64,000 bases of DNA from positions 27,776,001 through 27,840,000 of the forward strand of contig NC_043020.1 in assembly GCF_006345805.1 (NCBI RefSeq), given 5' to 3'. The translations under genes were made by a program, and so were the position numbers. This DNA comes from Octopus sinensis. Lineage: Eukaryota. This document shows, piece by piece, positions 1 through 12,780 of this stretch. Below the pieces are notes generated by a model. That model saw only the letters and a list, made by a program, of their open reading frames with translations. It was not told the origin of the DNA and did no database searches. The first letter of the stretch is position 1. Each line of letters opens with the position of its first letter.

Positions 1-60
1 GAAGTAAATGCAGCATAATTATATTAATTAATTATATATATATATATATTATATATATAT

Positions 61-96
<36 letters not shown>

Positions 97-117
97 CATA
101 CAAACAGAAAAAAGTAG

Positions 118-1581
118 CTAAGCCGTTTTATTTCTTTTCGCGTCGTTTGATTGACCGGACGAGTCAGATCCCCCTATAATCGCCCATTCTTGGATTTCTC
201 CTCTTGCCAATATTGCAAATATTATTGCACCAAATACACAAATACCACTGTACAAGGATAACACGATCTGCCATTCTTCTTGTGTACCGTTTGGGGTTAA
301 AGCTTTTGTAGTTAAGGAACTAATACTGCCGGAGAGTGCAGATATTGCATTAGCAATTGAATACACAACACCAGCAAAGCTTGGCGCAATGTCGATGTTA
401 TTAGGGATAACTCCCCCACTGGAAAATGACAGAGTGATACCACTGAGCAAAAACAAGACACTTATCAGAATGGTTTGGTCACATCTGAGAAATCCTATGG
501 TAATCAGTATACATGCTGATGTAACCATCGAAAAAGTTTGGAATAAAACGCGAACGGAACGGTTTGACAGATATTTCTTTGAACGCAAAATGTCTGCGAA
601 TTTTCCACATATCGGTAGAGCAAACATTTGTCCCATGGAAGGAGCAGACGACATTAAACCGTTCGATGTTGTTTTAATGTTTAAGGCTTCTTTCATATAA
701 AGAGGTAGCAACGTCTGAAAGGACATATCTATCCAATTATAAGCAAACAAACCAATATTAATGGCCCAAACTGCAGGGGAAGAAAGCAGCCGTTTCCAAG
801 GTACCTTTTGAACAGCATTTTTACATTTTATAGCGTCGTTTAAGTAGAAACGTTCTTCTTCACTAATAGCTGGATGAACGTCTGGATTATCGTAAACAAC
901 ATACATCCACACAAACCCAAACACCAACGATAATCCACCAAATATATAAAATATCGAACCCCATCCATTATCAAATCCATATACACAAAGGTAACTTGAA
1001 GTAGGAAAGGCTACAATATTACCGAGAATTTGACCAGCAAATGTAAGCCCAATTAATACACCGTTCTCTTCTGGAGGGGCCCAACGTCCGATTAGGAAAA
1101 AAACTGCTGGAAATATAGGTCCAGATGCCATACCTGTTAATATTCTTAGAGCAAGCATAAAGTAACCATTAATTCGAGTTAAACTTGGGTGAAGAATTGC
1201 TAGAATGGATGTTGAAAGAATTGAACCTGCAGCGGTTATTTTCCCACCATATTTATTTGCCAATGCTCCACCGAAAATATTAGTCACCATATATCCATAG
1301 AAGTATCCAGCCAGTATGTTTGATTGTAACGTGTCGCTCCATTCGAACTCTCCTTCTATGTTTGGATTAAAGGAATCATTAGCGAAACCAGAACAATATT
1401 GGTTGTTCGTAGTAACGTTAACTTCCTCATTTGTACGATTGGCTCTTTTCAACATACAAACAAAGGACATGCTCAGATCGACTCTTAATGTTTGCATGAT
1501 AAGTAATGCCACAGTACAAGCGTAACATATCCTCCATCGACATGAATAATAACGCTTAATGCCACTGGTAAATTTCGACAT
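118..1581 (-). CDS. SLC17A5-like: SLC17/sialin-like MFS anion-transporter family protein, paralog A (487 aa, single coding exon)
   Basis: Uninterrupted ORF with SLC17 motifs LRVDLS (TM1), EFEW, GYFYGY, RWAPPEE, VYDNPDVHPAISEEER, VPWK, DIAPSFAG, TQEEW and GEIQEW. A candidate acceptor (tttgcag) lies 2 nt before the ATG. Confidence 0.95.
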   Translation of the reverse strand: MSKFTSGIKRYYSCRWRICYACTVALLIMQTLRVDLSMSFVCMLKRANRTNEEVNVTTNNQYCSGFANDSFNPNIEGEFEWSDTLQSNILAGYFYGYMVTNIFGGALANKYGGKITAAGSILSTSILAILHPSLTRINGYFMLALRILTGMASGPIFPAVFFLIGRWAPPEENGVLIGLTFAGQILGNIVAFPTSSYLCVYGFDNGWGSIFYIFGGLSLVFGFVWMYVVYDNPDVHPAISEEERFYLNDAIKCKNAVQKVPWKRLLSSPAVWAINIGLFAYNWIDMSFQTLLPLYMKEALNIKTTSNGLMSSAPSMGQMFALPICGKFADILRSKKYLSNRSVRVLFQTFSMVTSACILITIGFLRCDQTILISVLFLLSGITLSFSSGGVIPNNIDIAPSFAGVVYSIANAISALSGSISSLTTKALTPNGTQEEWQIVLSLYSGICVFGAIIFAILARGEIQEWAIIGGSDSSGQSNDAKRNKTA

Positions 1582-3839
1582 TTCTGCAAATTCAAATTCT
1601 CTTTCTTCTCCTTATGCTGTGCCCGCTGTTTAAGATTATATTAATTCATAAGTAATACAATCTTTTTTATATTTAAACGAAAACTTTAAGCCAGCGACTG
1701 CAGTTTATTGGCTTACTTGTATACTTTTGTCAAGTGACGTTTGTTAGTTTCTAATTCTTTTGCAATTTCAAAATAGAAAATATTTGTTTGATCTCTAACC
1801 GAATTACGTCTTCTTCCAAAATCTTTGATTACAATATCTTAGTACAATTATATTTCACAGTACATTCGGGTAATGTAATATCGATAAACATGGAAGTCAT
1901 TTGCCAATCACTAAAAAGGAAATATCGGCTCACAGTTTGGTGTCTGGTGACTTCGTTTCACCATTACTTAGGAATAGAAAACATCGCGTCAAGGAAAGAA
2001 TACAGGCAAATAATAAAGTAACAATGAAAATGAGGAAATGAGACGGTAAATTATTGAGAACACAGATGCAGGAATTGTTTTGTAATCCGTAATGTTTGCA
2101 ACAAGACTTAAAACTCTCACTTCTAATTCTTTCTTCGTCTACAGTAACAGACGGGTTATTGAAAAGATGTGAGTTCAGTTCAACTTCGTTCGTTGATATG
2201 TTGGATAATTATTTTTTAATAAGAGCTCAGTGTAGCTGTGATAAAGGGAGATTGTAAATTCCTTGAAGGCCATGTTTTCAATACTGTTGCTGTTCGTTGT
2301 CCACTTATAGTTTATATTAGTGCTGTATAACTTTGTGATGGTGTATATATTGTAGTTTCTATTCGAGGCTCAGTCATTCCATGTAATCCATTCCTTGCAT
2401 TTAAAATGTTGCAGAAACTGAAGATCCATTGTTTAGGAAATATTAAGGCTGTGAGAAATGTCGGTGGATAGAAACGATGAAGTTGAGAAATAAAATTCTT
2501 TGTGTATTTCTTTATGTTTCTTTCCTTTATTGGAGAATTTTCTTCGTTCAGTTATGAAGTAATCGATTGTGCATCTCCTCAGATGTGAAATCCTGTACCA
2601 TGTAAAAGAAATCAACATTAGTGAGATATTCCATTTAGATGTAGTTTTATCTTACATTCTTATCGCTTTATGATCTCTTAAGTGTAAAGTGAGAGATGTA
2701 TGTACAATAACGAGAGTATACATAGAGAGGTATAATTACTGCAAGTGGCTGAAATATGAGAGCGTCACGTTACACGTCAAAAAGTATTTAGTAAAGAGTA
2801 AAATGAGAAGTTATGGTTTGTGAACAATAACTTCGGGAGTGTTAAATCAGAAAATAAAACGACAGGTCAAATTGTTATACATTTATTGTTTCGGCATTGC
2901 GAGACCAAAAAACCTGGTGTAGAACTCCAGAACGAAGAGTTAGACGAGCATTGAGAGGTAATAGGAAAAATAGACGACCAAAGGTATAAATGAGTATCTT
3001 ATGAACACCATTAGCTCACAGCTGTTTCTGCTATAAGAGGGAGTGGATTTGTAGTTGAGTGTCTAAATAACAAGTTAAAGCTTCATCGGAGCGTTGAATA
3101 TGCTGTGCAATTTCTTTGGGAAAATAATTACATTTCTGCTTATATATGGAACGGTGTTATCAATGAGAAAGTCAATACAGAAGACAGATATCTTATCGCC
3201 TGAGAAACGCTCGTGTTTGCGGTAGATGGGTTCTACTTTATGGAAAATACATTCCTTCTCACCCGAGAGATAAGCTCTTACTCACGGTAGATGGGTCTTA
3301 TTGCGTAGGAAAGAGAACCGTCCTGGTCCTACAGGGGCTCTTGTTCACATCAGAAAGACTCCTCTTTACAAGAGATAAATTTCTTCACCCTGGAAGATGT
3401 ATCCCTTATAGGACGGTACTACTGATGCAGTATAACCATAATTAAGGTCTAGTTAAACTGCAAAGGAGAGGTACGGTGTTTGTATAACGTTGCAGCCTGT
3501 CTCTGTTTTAATAGAATTCTTTTTGTAATATCACATTGTGTTGAATAACAGTGGTTTACAGAGAAACTGAGGTAAACATAAAAACAAAGAAAATGACTCT
3601 CCCCAGACACAATAGTTTAAAAATAGTTGTTGTAGCCTAATTTGGGGGTGCTGATTTCAGATACAAAACCAGTTTTCACTCATCATCTCTAGATTTTAAG
3701 ATATACATTTTTATGATTTTGCGACAATTCACGTAACCATGAATTGATCAATTTTTTATTTTATTTTCCAGATTTTTGCGATACGTAAGATACACATTTC
3801 TACAATGTGTAGAAATATTCTCAAAAGACGTCCTCCGGT

Positions 3840-4330
3840 GAGAATGGACTGGAACACTGCATATAGATATTAGCGGACTCAGTAAGTGGGCAGTTCGTAT
3901 CGGAATGCAGTTTGGTGCTAGTTCCACTGTTCGTGTGTTGATAGTCGAAGCTGGAGTTCAAAGTTCGAGTTAGCATGATGGATTGTTGGTTCTTAACAGA
4001 TTGTTGTTACGTTGCGTGTGGCTACTGCAGTTTGTTTCGATCATATAGCTATTACACTGCTTCAGTGTAATCGTTTATCCATAAAGATATAACACAGACA
4101 TACGTACATATTCAATCCAGGAACGGGAAATATCAACCAAGTACATGATGCACAAAAGGGACAGAGATGCAGGAAAAGCAGTAAAATGTGACAACCGACG
4201 CAGACTTCGTGGAGATAATACCGAAGATATCACCCACATCATAAGCAGTTATCCGAAAATATAATCATGACATTATCTACCGATGAGACATGATGGTGTA
4301 GCTGGGATACTATTTAATGAAATCCAGCGG
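3840..4330 (+). mobile_element. Degenerate fragment of an RLE-type (R4/NeSL/HERO-like) non-LTR retrotransposon
   Basis: Manual translation near 4115-4330 gives QEREISTKYMMHKRDRDAG..CDNR.RL.GDNTEDITHIISS.PK..HYLPMRHDGVA, resembling the CCHC/RHD region of RLE elements. It contains stops and is recognised from memory only. Confidence 0.4.
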
Positions 4331-4533
4331 ACGGATAACCTCGAGAAATGGATCTTGAAGCACAATAAAGCTATATATTATACATGTAAATAATATTTTC
4401 TGAAACGCATTTTTGATAGAAAATTACGAAGAATGCACGAGATGCATACCTAAAACCATTATTTCACCTCTCCCTGCTTTATAATTCTCATGTTGTGAAC
4501 ACACACGCATACACACATACACACTTACACACA

Positions 4534-4569
<36 letters not shown>

Positions 4570-5284
4570 CTTTGTATATATCTACATATATATATATTAG
4601 ATTTATCTTATATTAAACTTTTTAATACTTTTTGATAGTTATATATATTTAATAAATAATAATAATAATAATAATAATAATAAGAATAATAATAAATAAA
4701 TAAATATTTATAAATATAAATTAATAATTTAATTTTAAATTTTAAATTTAAATAATTTAAATTTTTAAATTTTATATTTTATATATTTTGTATATTATAT
4801 TAATTATTTTTATTTTATGTTTTGGTTAAGGTTTTTCAGTGTTTATTGCCTAATTTATCTCTAATTTAATTTATATATATATATATATATTATTATATAT
4901 ATATATATATATATAATGCAGGGGGCTTAATAGCAATCTAAACACCTAAAGACAAATGTATTGACGTCAATAAAGTGAGAAAGTGTACAACGTTGTACCA
5001 GTATGCTAGATATGGCTCAGGGGTCGTTCTGACCTTATTTCTAGCATAGCGATGCTGGCACAACTTTGGACACTGTAACTTTAGTGACCTCAATCTATCT
5101 ATCTATCTATATATAAAATTAAAGAGTGCTTGCATGTACTCACACACACACACAAACACAGATACATACATACAATATTATATATACATAATATATATAT
5201 ATATATATAATATTATATATATATATAATATATATATATAATATCTATATATATATGGGTGTTGTGTGTGTGTGTGGTGTGTGT

Positions 5285-5575
5285 GTATGTATGGCCTAGT
5301 GGATAAGGTGTTGTACTCACGATGGTGAGATCGTGGTTTCAATTCCTAGGCAGGGTGGCGTGTTGTGTTCTTGAGCAAAACACTTCAACTCTCGCTCTGC
5401 GACCTCTTCGACCCCTGATGCGTGGCACCCCGGGCACCTGCTCAGACAATGTTGATTTGATGGAGAGGAGTGAGGTAATGTGCGGTACATACGTTTGATC
5501 ATTGGAAATAAATCATTTGTGTGAGTCGTTCGACGAAAAAGCTGAACATCTATTCGTTGTCATCGACGGGAGAGC
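5285..5575 (+). mobile_element. tRNA-derived CORE-type SINE
   Basis: A-box-like tggcctagtgg and B-box-like gtttcaattcc, followed by the CORE-like gtgttgtgttcttgagcaaaacacttca. Ends at (TA)n. Confidence 0.7.
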
Positions 5576-5576
5576 C

Positions 5577-5970
<394 letters not shown>

Positions 5971-6256
5971 ATACTGTAATATTAAATGAGAGATAAAGCC
6001 ACTATTAGCAAATGAAACATAATAAACTTAACCAAAACATAACATAATATAATTATAAAATATACAAATATATAAATATTAAATTTTTAAATTTTATTAT
6101 GTAAATTTAAAATGATTAATTTATATTTATAAATTTTTATATTTTTTAAATATTTTAAAAATTTTATTAATAAATTTTTTAATTTTTAATTTCTAAACTT
6201 TTTTGTATTTAAATATATATAACTATCAAAAAGTATGAAAAAGTTAATGTATTGTG

Positions 6257-6287
<31 letters not shown>

Positions 6288-7236
6288 GATATATATTATA
6301 TTATATATATATAAAGGTTTGTATGATTATGTATAGAGGGATATATATTATTCAAAGGAATTCCAACTCTGTTTTTTATGGTTTATTTATATTCTTTATA
6401 ATATTAATGTAGAATATAGAATAAATAGTATAAATAATACATATATAGTAAAATGAAATGAAGTATTGATTGTCTTATTGAATAGATGAAATATTGAATA
6501 TAAAATATTAAGGAACTAGTATACTTTCTTGCATTTAAGCAGTCTTGAAGGTCCCAGGTTGTGACAGGAATGTTTCAACTGTCTATATATATATATATGT
6601 ATATATATATGCGTGTGTGTGTGTGTTTGTCTGTGTGTCTAGCTGTGTCTGTTTCTCATGACTTACCGGCTGTTTTGGTCATCTTCCTTAAGTTTATCGA
6701 TATGCAATGGTAGGTGTCATCCGAACTTCAAAAGAACGCAATCGGTCTTTATACTTCAAGAACAGCTGCCATCTTTACTTGAATCCGTTCAGAGTAGTCA
6801 ACTCTCCAACTGACTCAATAAAGAAATACTTTCAGCTGTAACTGGCAGACGTCATTAACATATCTACAATTTATTGAGGTTATCAAATTAAAGGACAGTG
6901 GCGTGACAGTTGTTTGTCTGTTATTTTGAATTCATTATGCATAACATATTTATATATTATCTCTGACTTTGGTTACATTTATTCATTTGGCCTCAATGTC
7001 CCTTTCCTATAATCATATTCCTTCAGGTGTATATTCATTGCCGAGCACATCTGTACGCCTTAACACGCCCTAACTTAAACAGATGGACACACAGACATGT
7101 GAACACAAGCGCACACATATGTATATATGTATATAAGCAAATAAAAGAATAAAATAATACACACACACACACACACATACACATACACATACACACGTAT
7201 ATATACATAAATAGACATGCATACATGTACTCTATA

Positions 7237-7645
7237 GGCGCATGTGTAGTTGTGTAATAAGTAGCTTGCCTACCAACCACATGGTTCTAGGTTCAGTCCT
7301 ACTGCGTGGCACCTTGGGTGACTTCTAGTATAGCCACACACCGACCAGTGGATTTGGTAGGCGGAAACTGAAAGAACCCGTCGTATATATATATATGTGT
7401 GTGTGTGTATGTGTGTGTGTATGTGTGTGTGTGTGTGTGTCTGTGTATTTGTGTGTCTGTGTTTGTCCCCCAACATCATTTGACAACCGATGCTGGTGTG
7501 TTTACGTCCCCGTAAATTATCGTTTCAGCAAAAGATAAAATAAGTACTAGGCTTACAAATAGTAGGTCCTGGAGTCGATTTGCTCGACTTAAGGCGGTGC
7601 TCCAGCATGGTCGCAGTCAAATGACTGAAACAAATACAAGAATAA
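7237..7645 (+). mobile_element. SINE family 'A' (tRNA-like head, internal TA/TG microsatellite, conserved tail)
   Basis: Head ggcgca..gtagcttgc.taccaaccacatggttc..ggttcagtcc; tail ...gcggtgctccagcatgg.cgcagtcaaatgactgaaaca. The same element recurs at least eight times in the window. Confidence 0.85.
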
Positions 7646-8984
7646 AAGAATGCACATTAATGCCTCACTTAATGAGGGTCAACTTTACGAAGAACCGTTT
7701 TACGGGACCTCGACTTTACAAGTGTTATTTTATAGTAAATATAAAACGGTTAAGCTGCTATTTTGTGAACGTAGTGCAAAAGTTTCTACTACCATAACAA
7801 ATGCTTCTGAATGTTACCGAGAAATTTATTGAGAGCGAAAAAAAAGCCTGTAAGCAAACAATACTAAACTTGTTTTTTAAAAAGGAATCAACTAGTCCGT
7901 CTACGAGTGTTTGTGTGCGAGTCTAGTGCGAGTGAAAGTGATTCAGAAAACGACAATAATAATAATATTTTTTATTATAAATGATCTTGACATTATTTTT
8001 ACTTTACATAAAATATTCTTTACATTCTGCTGTTGTTTTACTGACGGTTATTTTGGAGTAAAAATTTAATTACGATTTCAAACATTGCTACTACGTGAAA
8101 TATATGGTCTGCTTTACGAGATTTCGCTTTACCAGCGGTCTCCGGGATCAAATTAACACGTATATCGGGGCATTACGGTATATACGTAAAAACACACCCA
8201 ACACTACGCACACATATACACATTACACTACACACACATACACACTCACACATACACACTACACGCATACATACACACTCACACATTCACACAGATATAA
8301 GACCAATTCTCAGACAGACGAAATCAGAGTTTGGAGCGATTAGCGAAGTCACGAGTCTCTAGAAAGATCGTGAACATTGACGAAAGTTCTTTGACGAATT
8401 TAATTCATCTACACAAGGTTGCATCTAGCATCATTAATTTTGTATGATCTAGCATGACTAAGTAATTTATACTTTGACAAGGAAAATACTTTGACAAGGA
8501 AAATAACTGATTTTAAGAGATTAACTCTGTTTAAAACATATTCTGAAGTCCTCAGTAGCTGACCAATCACGTCTCTTATAAGAAACCAGTACAAATGATA
8601 TTTTGTTCTGGAATTTAAAAAGAGACTAAATGTTTTTATATAATTGGGGGTGAATTCTACGAAATAATTCCTTCATATACACATTACACTACACACACAT
8701 ACACACTCTTCACGATCTCTTGAAGGCTTATAAATTCTGATGACGTAAACAAAACATGATAATACGTTGCTCTCTTTTCCTTTGTACTATTTAACTCAGT
8801 TTCCTATTGTGAAATCCTTATTAGCTTGGAAATGGATTTAACAGCTTTATTCCATTCCAATTGGTGTCATTACAAATCCAGCAAATTCTACGTCACAATA
8901 TTTAGTTACCTAGCTATATATGTATATATATATCCTATATTCTACCAACACCACTATCAACTCTTACCTCTCTTTTGCACGCAT

Positions 8985-9380
8985 ATTTTTTTTCTCTCCT
9001 TCTTTCTGTGTTTTTTCTCTGTGTATCTTTCTGTTGAAGAGCGTAGGCTCGAAACGTTAAAGACTTGTTTTATTTATATTTCCTGAGCGCCATACTAATA
9101 CGATTGTTTGTTTGTATTCCACCTGCCTTCGTCTTTTGTTTATTTCCGTAAACCTGCCTTCGTCTTTTGTCTATTTTCATAAAGCTTCCCGTTATAGATA
9201 TTTATATATATATATAACGGGAAAGTTTACGAAAATAAACAAAAGACGAAGGTAGGTGGAGTACAAACAAACAAATGTATTAGTATGGCGCTCGGGAATA
9301 GAAATAGAACAAGTCTTTTACGTTTCGAGCCTACGCTCTTCGACAGAAAGATACACAGAAAAGAAACAAGGAGAGAAAAT
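8985..9380. mobile_element. Inverted pair of a PLE-terminus-like element carrying a hammerhead-like motif, centred on a short (TA)n
   Basis: gaagagcgtaggctcgaaacg at about 9036 and its reverse complement at about 9321. The arms are reverse-complementary over about 170 bp. Confidence 0.7.
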
Positions 9381-9908
9381 AAGAAAATGGAGGACTGCGA
9401 ACTTTATGTATGTACATGCATATATACTTTTTGCATGATGTAAAAGGATAAAATCTCTTTATATATGTATATGTATTAATGGATGTTTTTGCGCATGTAT
9501 GTATATGCATGTGCATGTATTTGGTACCAGTGTGTATATATATATGTATGCAGATTTAGACTAAAGTTTCCATTTTCGCTGTATGATATATCAATATAAT
9601 GACATTGTATATTGTGACATTGTATATTGTGACATTGTATATTGTGACATTGTATATTGTATTTTATTTTATTGAATTAATGTACTGACATCTCCCATAT
9701 GCATCTGTCTATATATTATGTTATACTATATTATATATTATATATTATATATTATATATTATATATTGTATATGTAATATGCAATATAATATATTATATT
9801 TATTATATGTTATGTTGTGTTACATTGAATTATATTATACTATATTTTATGTGGTATTTTCCATCTACAATGTATTGTGAATAGCAGGATGCACATATTC
9901 CTACATTG

Positions 9909-10016
<108 letters not shown>

Positions 10017-10174
10017 GTTTTTAGTAATGTAATGCAATGAACTTTGGACTTTGTATATGTACCTTTGATGTGGATATATATGTATATTCCAGTATATAGA
10101 TTTGATCAACTGTAACCTTATGTGTAATGTATATTATTTGTATATACTTATATAATGTATTGTAGGTGTATACA

Positions 10175-10223
<49 letters not shown>

Positions 10224-10820
10224 TATATATATATGTATATATGTAATATATGCATATTCTGTATATGTGTACTTGTTAATATTTATATTTGCACTTTATA
10301 TCTTCATTCATATCTTCATAATTGTACTTTATAATCTCAGACGAGGCCTTGAGATAAATATATATCAAGGCCTCATTTTTAACTGACATATTACCTCAAT
10401 ACATCTGACTATATGGACATAATGAGATACCCTTATCTACAGGCTGAACAGCTGTAAGATCCATTTTATATGTATTATTTTTATGGTATTATCTTACTTA
10501 TTGATGTATATTCTGTCTTATTCTGTGGATTTGAATGTTCCTATTTAATTTAATTTATTAGTTAATAAATTATATGAATTGGTATTATCTGGGTGATGAT
10601 TGAAAGGAATCTATTCTCGATTTTCTTATTTTGATATATATAATATATATATATAATATATATATAATATATATATATAAATATATATATACACACAGCA
10701 CACATATATATATATACTACGTGCATACATATGATGCATAAGTATTTACACACACACACACACATATATATATATAACTGTGTATGTGTATATATACAAG
10801 AGGGAAGAGAGAGAGAGAAA

Positions 10821-10851
<31 letters not shown>

Positions 10852-10933
10852 AGAGAGGAAAGAGAAAGAAAGAGAAGCAGACATCGCATATGTATGTGTA
10901 ACAGAGAAGGGTTTTGTTTGTTCTACAAGAGAA

Positions 10934-11033
10934 NNNNNNNNNNNNNNNNNNNNNNNNNNNNNNNNNNNNNNNNNNNNNNNNNNNNNNNNNNNNNNNNNNN
11001 NNNNNNNNNNNNNNNNNNNNNNNNNNNNNNNNN
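10934..11033. other. Assembly gap (100 N)
   Basis: Run of exactly 100 N, typical of a scaffolding join of unknown size. Confidence 1.
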
Positions 11034-11825
11034 TTATTGTTCAAATATCTTGGTACAATCTCTGCATTCATTCTACCATCTATCACATGTAAAATGCCAG
11101 TTGCCGTACCATTTGCAGAGAAACACCCCCCCCACTATGATGTTGCCACCTTCCCAACCGTCTCCAAACTTTATGGTAGTGAATTGTGTTTTTTCGGTAA
11201 ATAGGCGGTCCATCTTTCCCAAACATGGCTACGCGAATTTCATCCGACAATTCAATTTTCAACTCGTCTGTCCATAGAACATTTTCCCAGAATGTATCAG
11301 ATTTATCTTTATGTTCATAAACAAATTTTAAACAGGCATCTCTATGCCTTTTAGTCAACAGCGGAGTTTTTCTAGGAGAGCGTGACTTCAGTTCATTCCT
11401 ATGAAGTTCATTGTTGATTGTTCGTAGTGTAACACTAGTCTCTGAAGCTAACAAATCTTCTAGCAACTCCTTTCTGGTGATCATTGCGTTCTTTTTCGAT
11501 TCTTCGATTCATTTTTATTAAAGATCTAGGGGAAATCTTGCGTGGTGCACCGGATCTTATTTTGTTTTCAACAGTTCCCGATTTTTTATATCTTTGAATA
11601 AATGGAGATGTAGTAGAAAATGGAATCTGATATTTTCCTGTAACTTTTACCTGCTTTCCACAGTTCAATAATTAAATTTTTCACTTAATTTGTAAGTTCT
11701 TTACTTTTCGCCATTATTACGATAATTCAGTGCTGAATGAAGAAGCTAGCGTTTTATTTTAACAGTATTTTGTGGCATAGAAAATCATGAATTTATTCCG
11801 TACGAATATTTATTTGCCCCCATTG
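11034..11825 (-). mobile_element. Tc1/mariner transposon, 5' part, frameshifted and cut by the gap
   Basis: ORFs 11435-11668 and 11083-11484 give HTH and first-D regions (RSGAPRKI, SRSPRKTPLLTKRH, WENVLWTDE). Then GGNII..CFSANG..IDGRMNAE runs into the Ns. Probable TIR end caatgggggcaaata with a TA target at 11826-11827. Confidence 0.85.
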
Positions 11826-11859
11826 TATGTATGCACATAATAAATACTCAGTTTTTTTA

Positions 11860-12150
11860 CACTAGTTGTACTCATACTTAACAGTACAGACACTTCAATA
11901 CTAATCGTACTTTGATACTACTCGTACTTTAACAGTTTTTGTACTTAATAGTACTCGCACTTTAAGAGTACATCACTTTAATAGTACTCGTAGTTAAATA
12001 ACACTCATACCTTAAGAGTACTAACACTTTGATAGTACATTTTCCAAAGTACTTGCATATAAATAGTACTCGTACCTTTGATCTTTTACTTTAAGAGTAC
12101 TCGAACTTTAAGAGTACAGCACGTTAATAGTACTTAGTCTTTAATAATCC
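11860..12150. repeat. Degenerate 16-17 bp tandem repeat (agtactcgtactttaa-like)
   Basis: Repeated agtac/gtact..ctttaa units. Confidence 0.6.
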
Positions 12151-12780
12151 TTTTTACTTTAGGCAAAAGGCCAGAATTAAAGCCTGAAATTTATTGCATC
12201 CGGATATCCCATTGATGAGTACATTCAAATAGGTTTCGTATCCACTAAACTTTAGTGGAAACTCATTCATCCGTGACATGCCCCTTCATTAACAATTGGA
12301 GCAGTGTTTGTCTTGTAAATATTTATGCCAAATATGACGTTACATATTCTTTTCATTTTATATTTTTTTAACAGGTTACCAGTTGAACTCAAGTATTACC
12401 AACCACCCGAAATGCCATAAAGAGAAAATATCAAATCGGCGCTGATAAATTATTCCACACAGAGGGAGATGTATAACAAACATTCACGCTTGAACTATCA
12501 AATAATTTCTCATTAAACCAGTTTATATCTTGTCCAATGAAACCATCAAGCGGAAACATAGATTTTATATGCCATTCTCTCTAAGAACCAGTCGCAAAGA
12601 TGTCTCACAAAACTCACCAAATAGTTTTTGTTTAATGAAAGCACAGAGAGCAGGAAATTCAAAAGCCATTATTTCACAATCACACGCATCTTGTATGTAT
12701 ACACGCACACGTACGTTTATACGTGAATACATCAATCTCTGATATATTTTTTTAAAATTTCAACTGATCATAAATTTTAA

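Noticed and set aside
389-1525. Antisense ORFs overlapping the SLC17 genes (also 13062-13739, 24533-24862)
   Set aside because: These are shadows of the coding strand with no independent motif.
3190-3420. Weak internal repetition (cggtagatggg twice, gagataa twice)
   Set aside because: Too degenerate to define a unit, and no structure could be supported.
7850-8600. CpG-richer stretch with a CCAAT motif between paralog A and the gap, a possible promoter
   Set aside because: The motifs are short and expected by chance, and I found no homology to the other paralogs' upstream regions.
9595-9660. 15-bp tandem repeat gacattgtatattgt x4
   Set aside because: An ordinary slippage repeat with no link to other features.
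10335-10470. cagacga-ggccttga..tcaaggcc and gaacagctgta: hammerhead-like remnants
   Set aside because: The core is mutated and the halves are about 70 nt apart without GAAA after stem II. Too degenerate to call.
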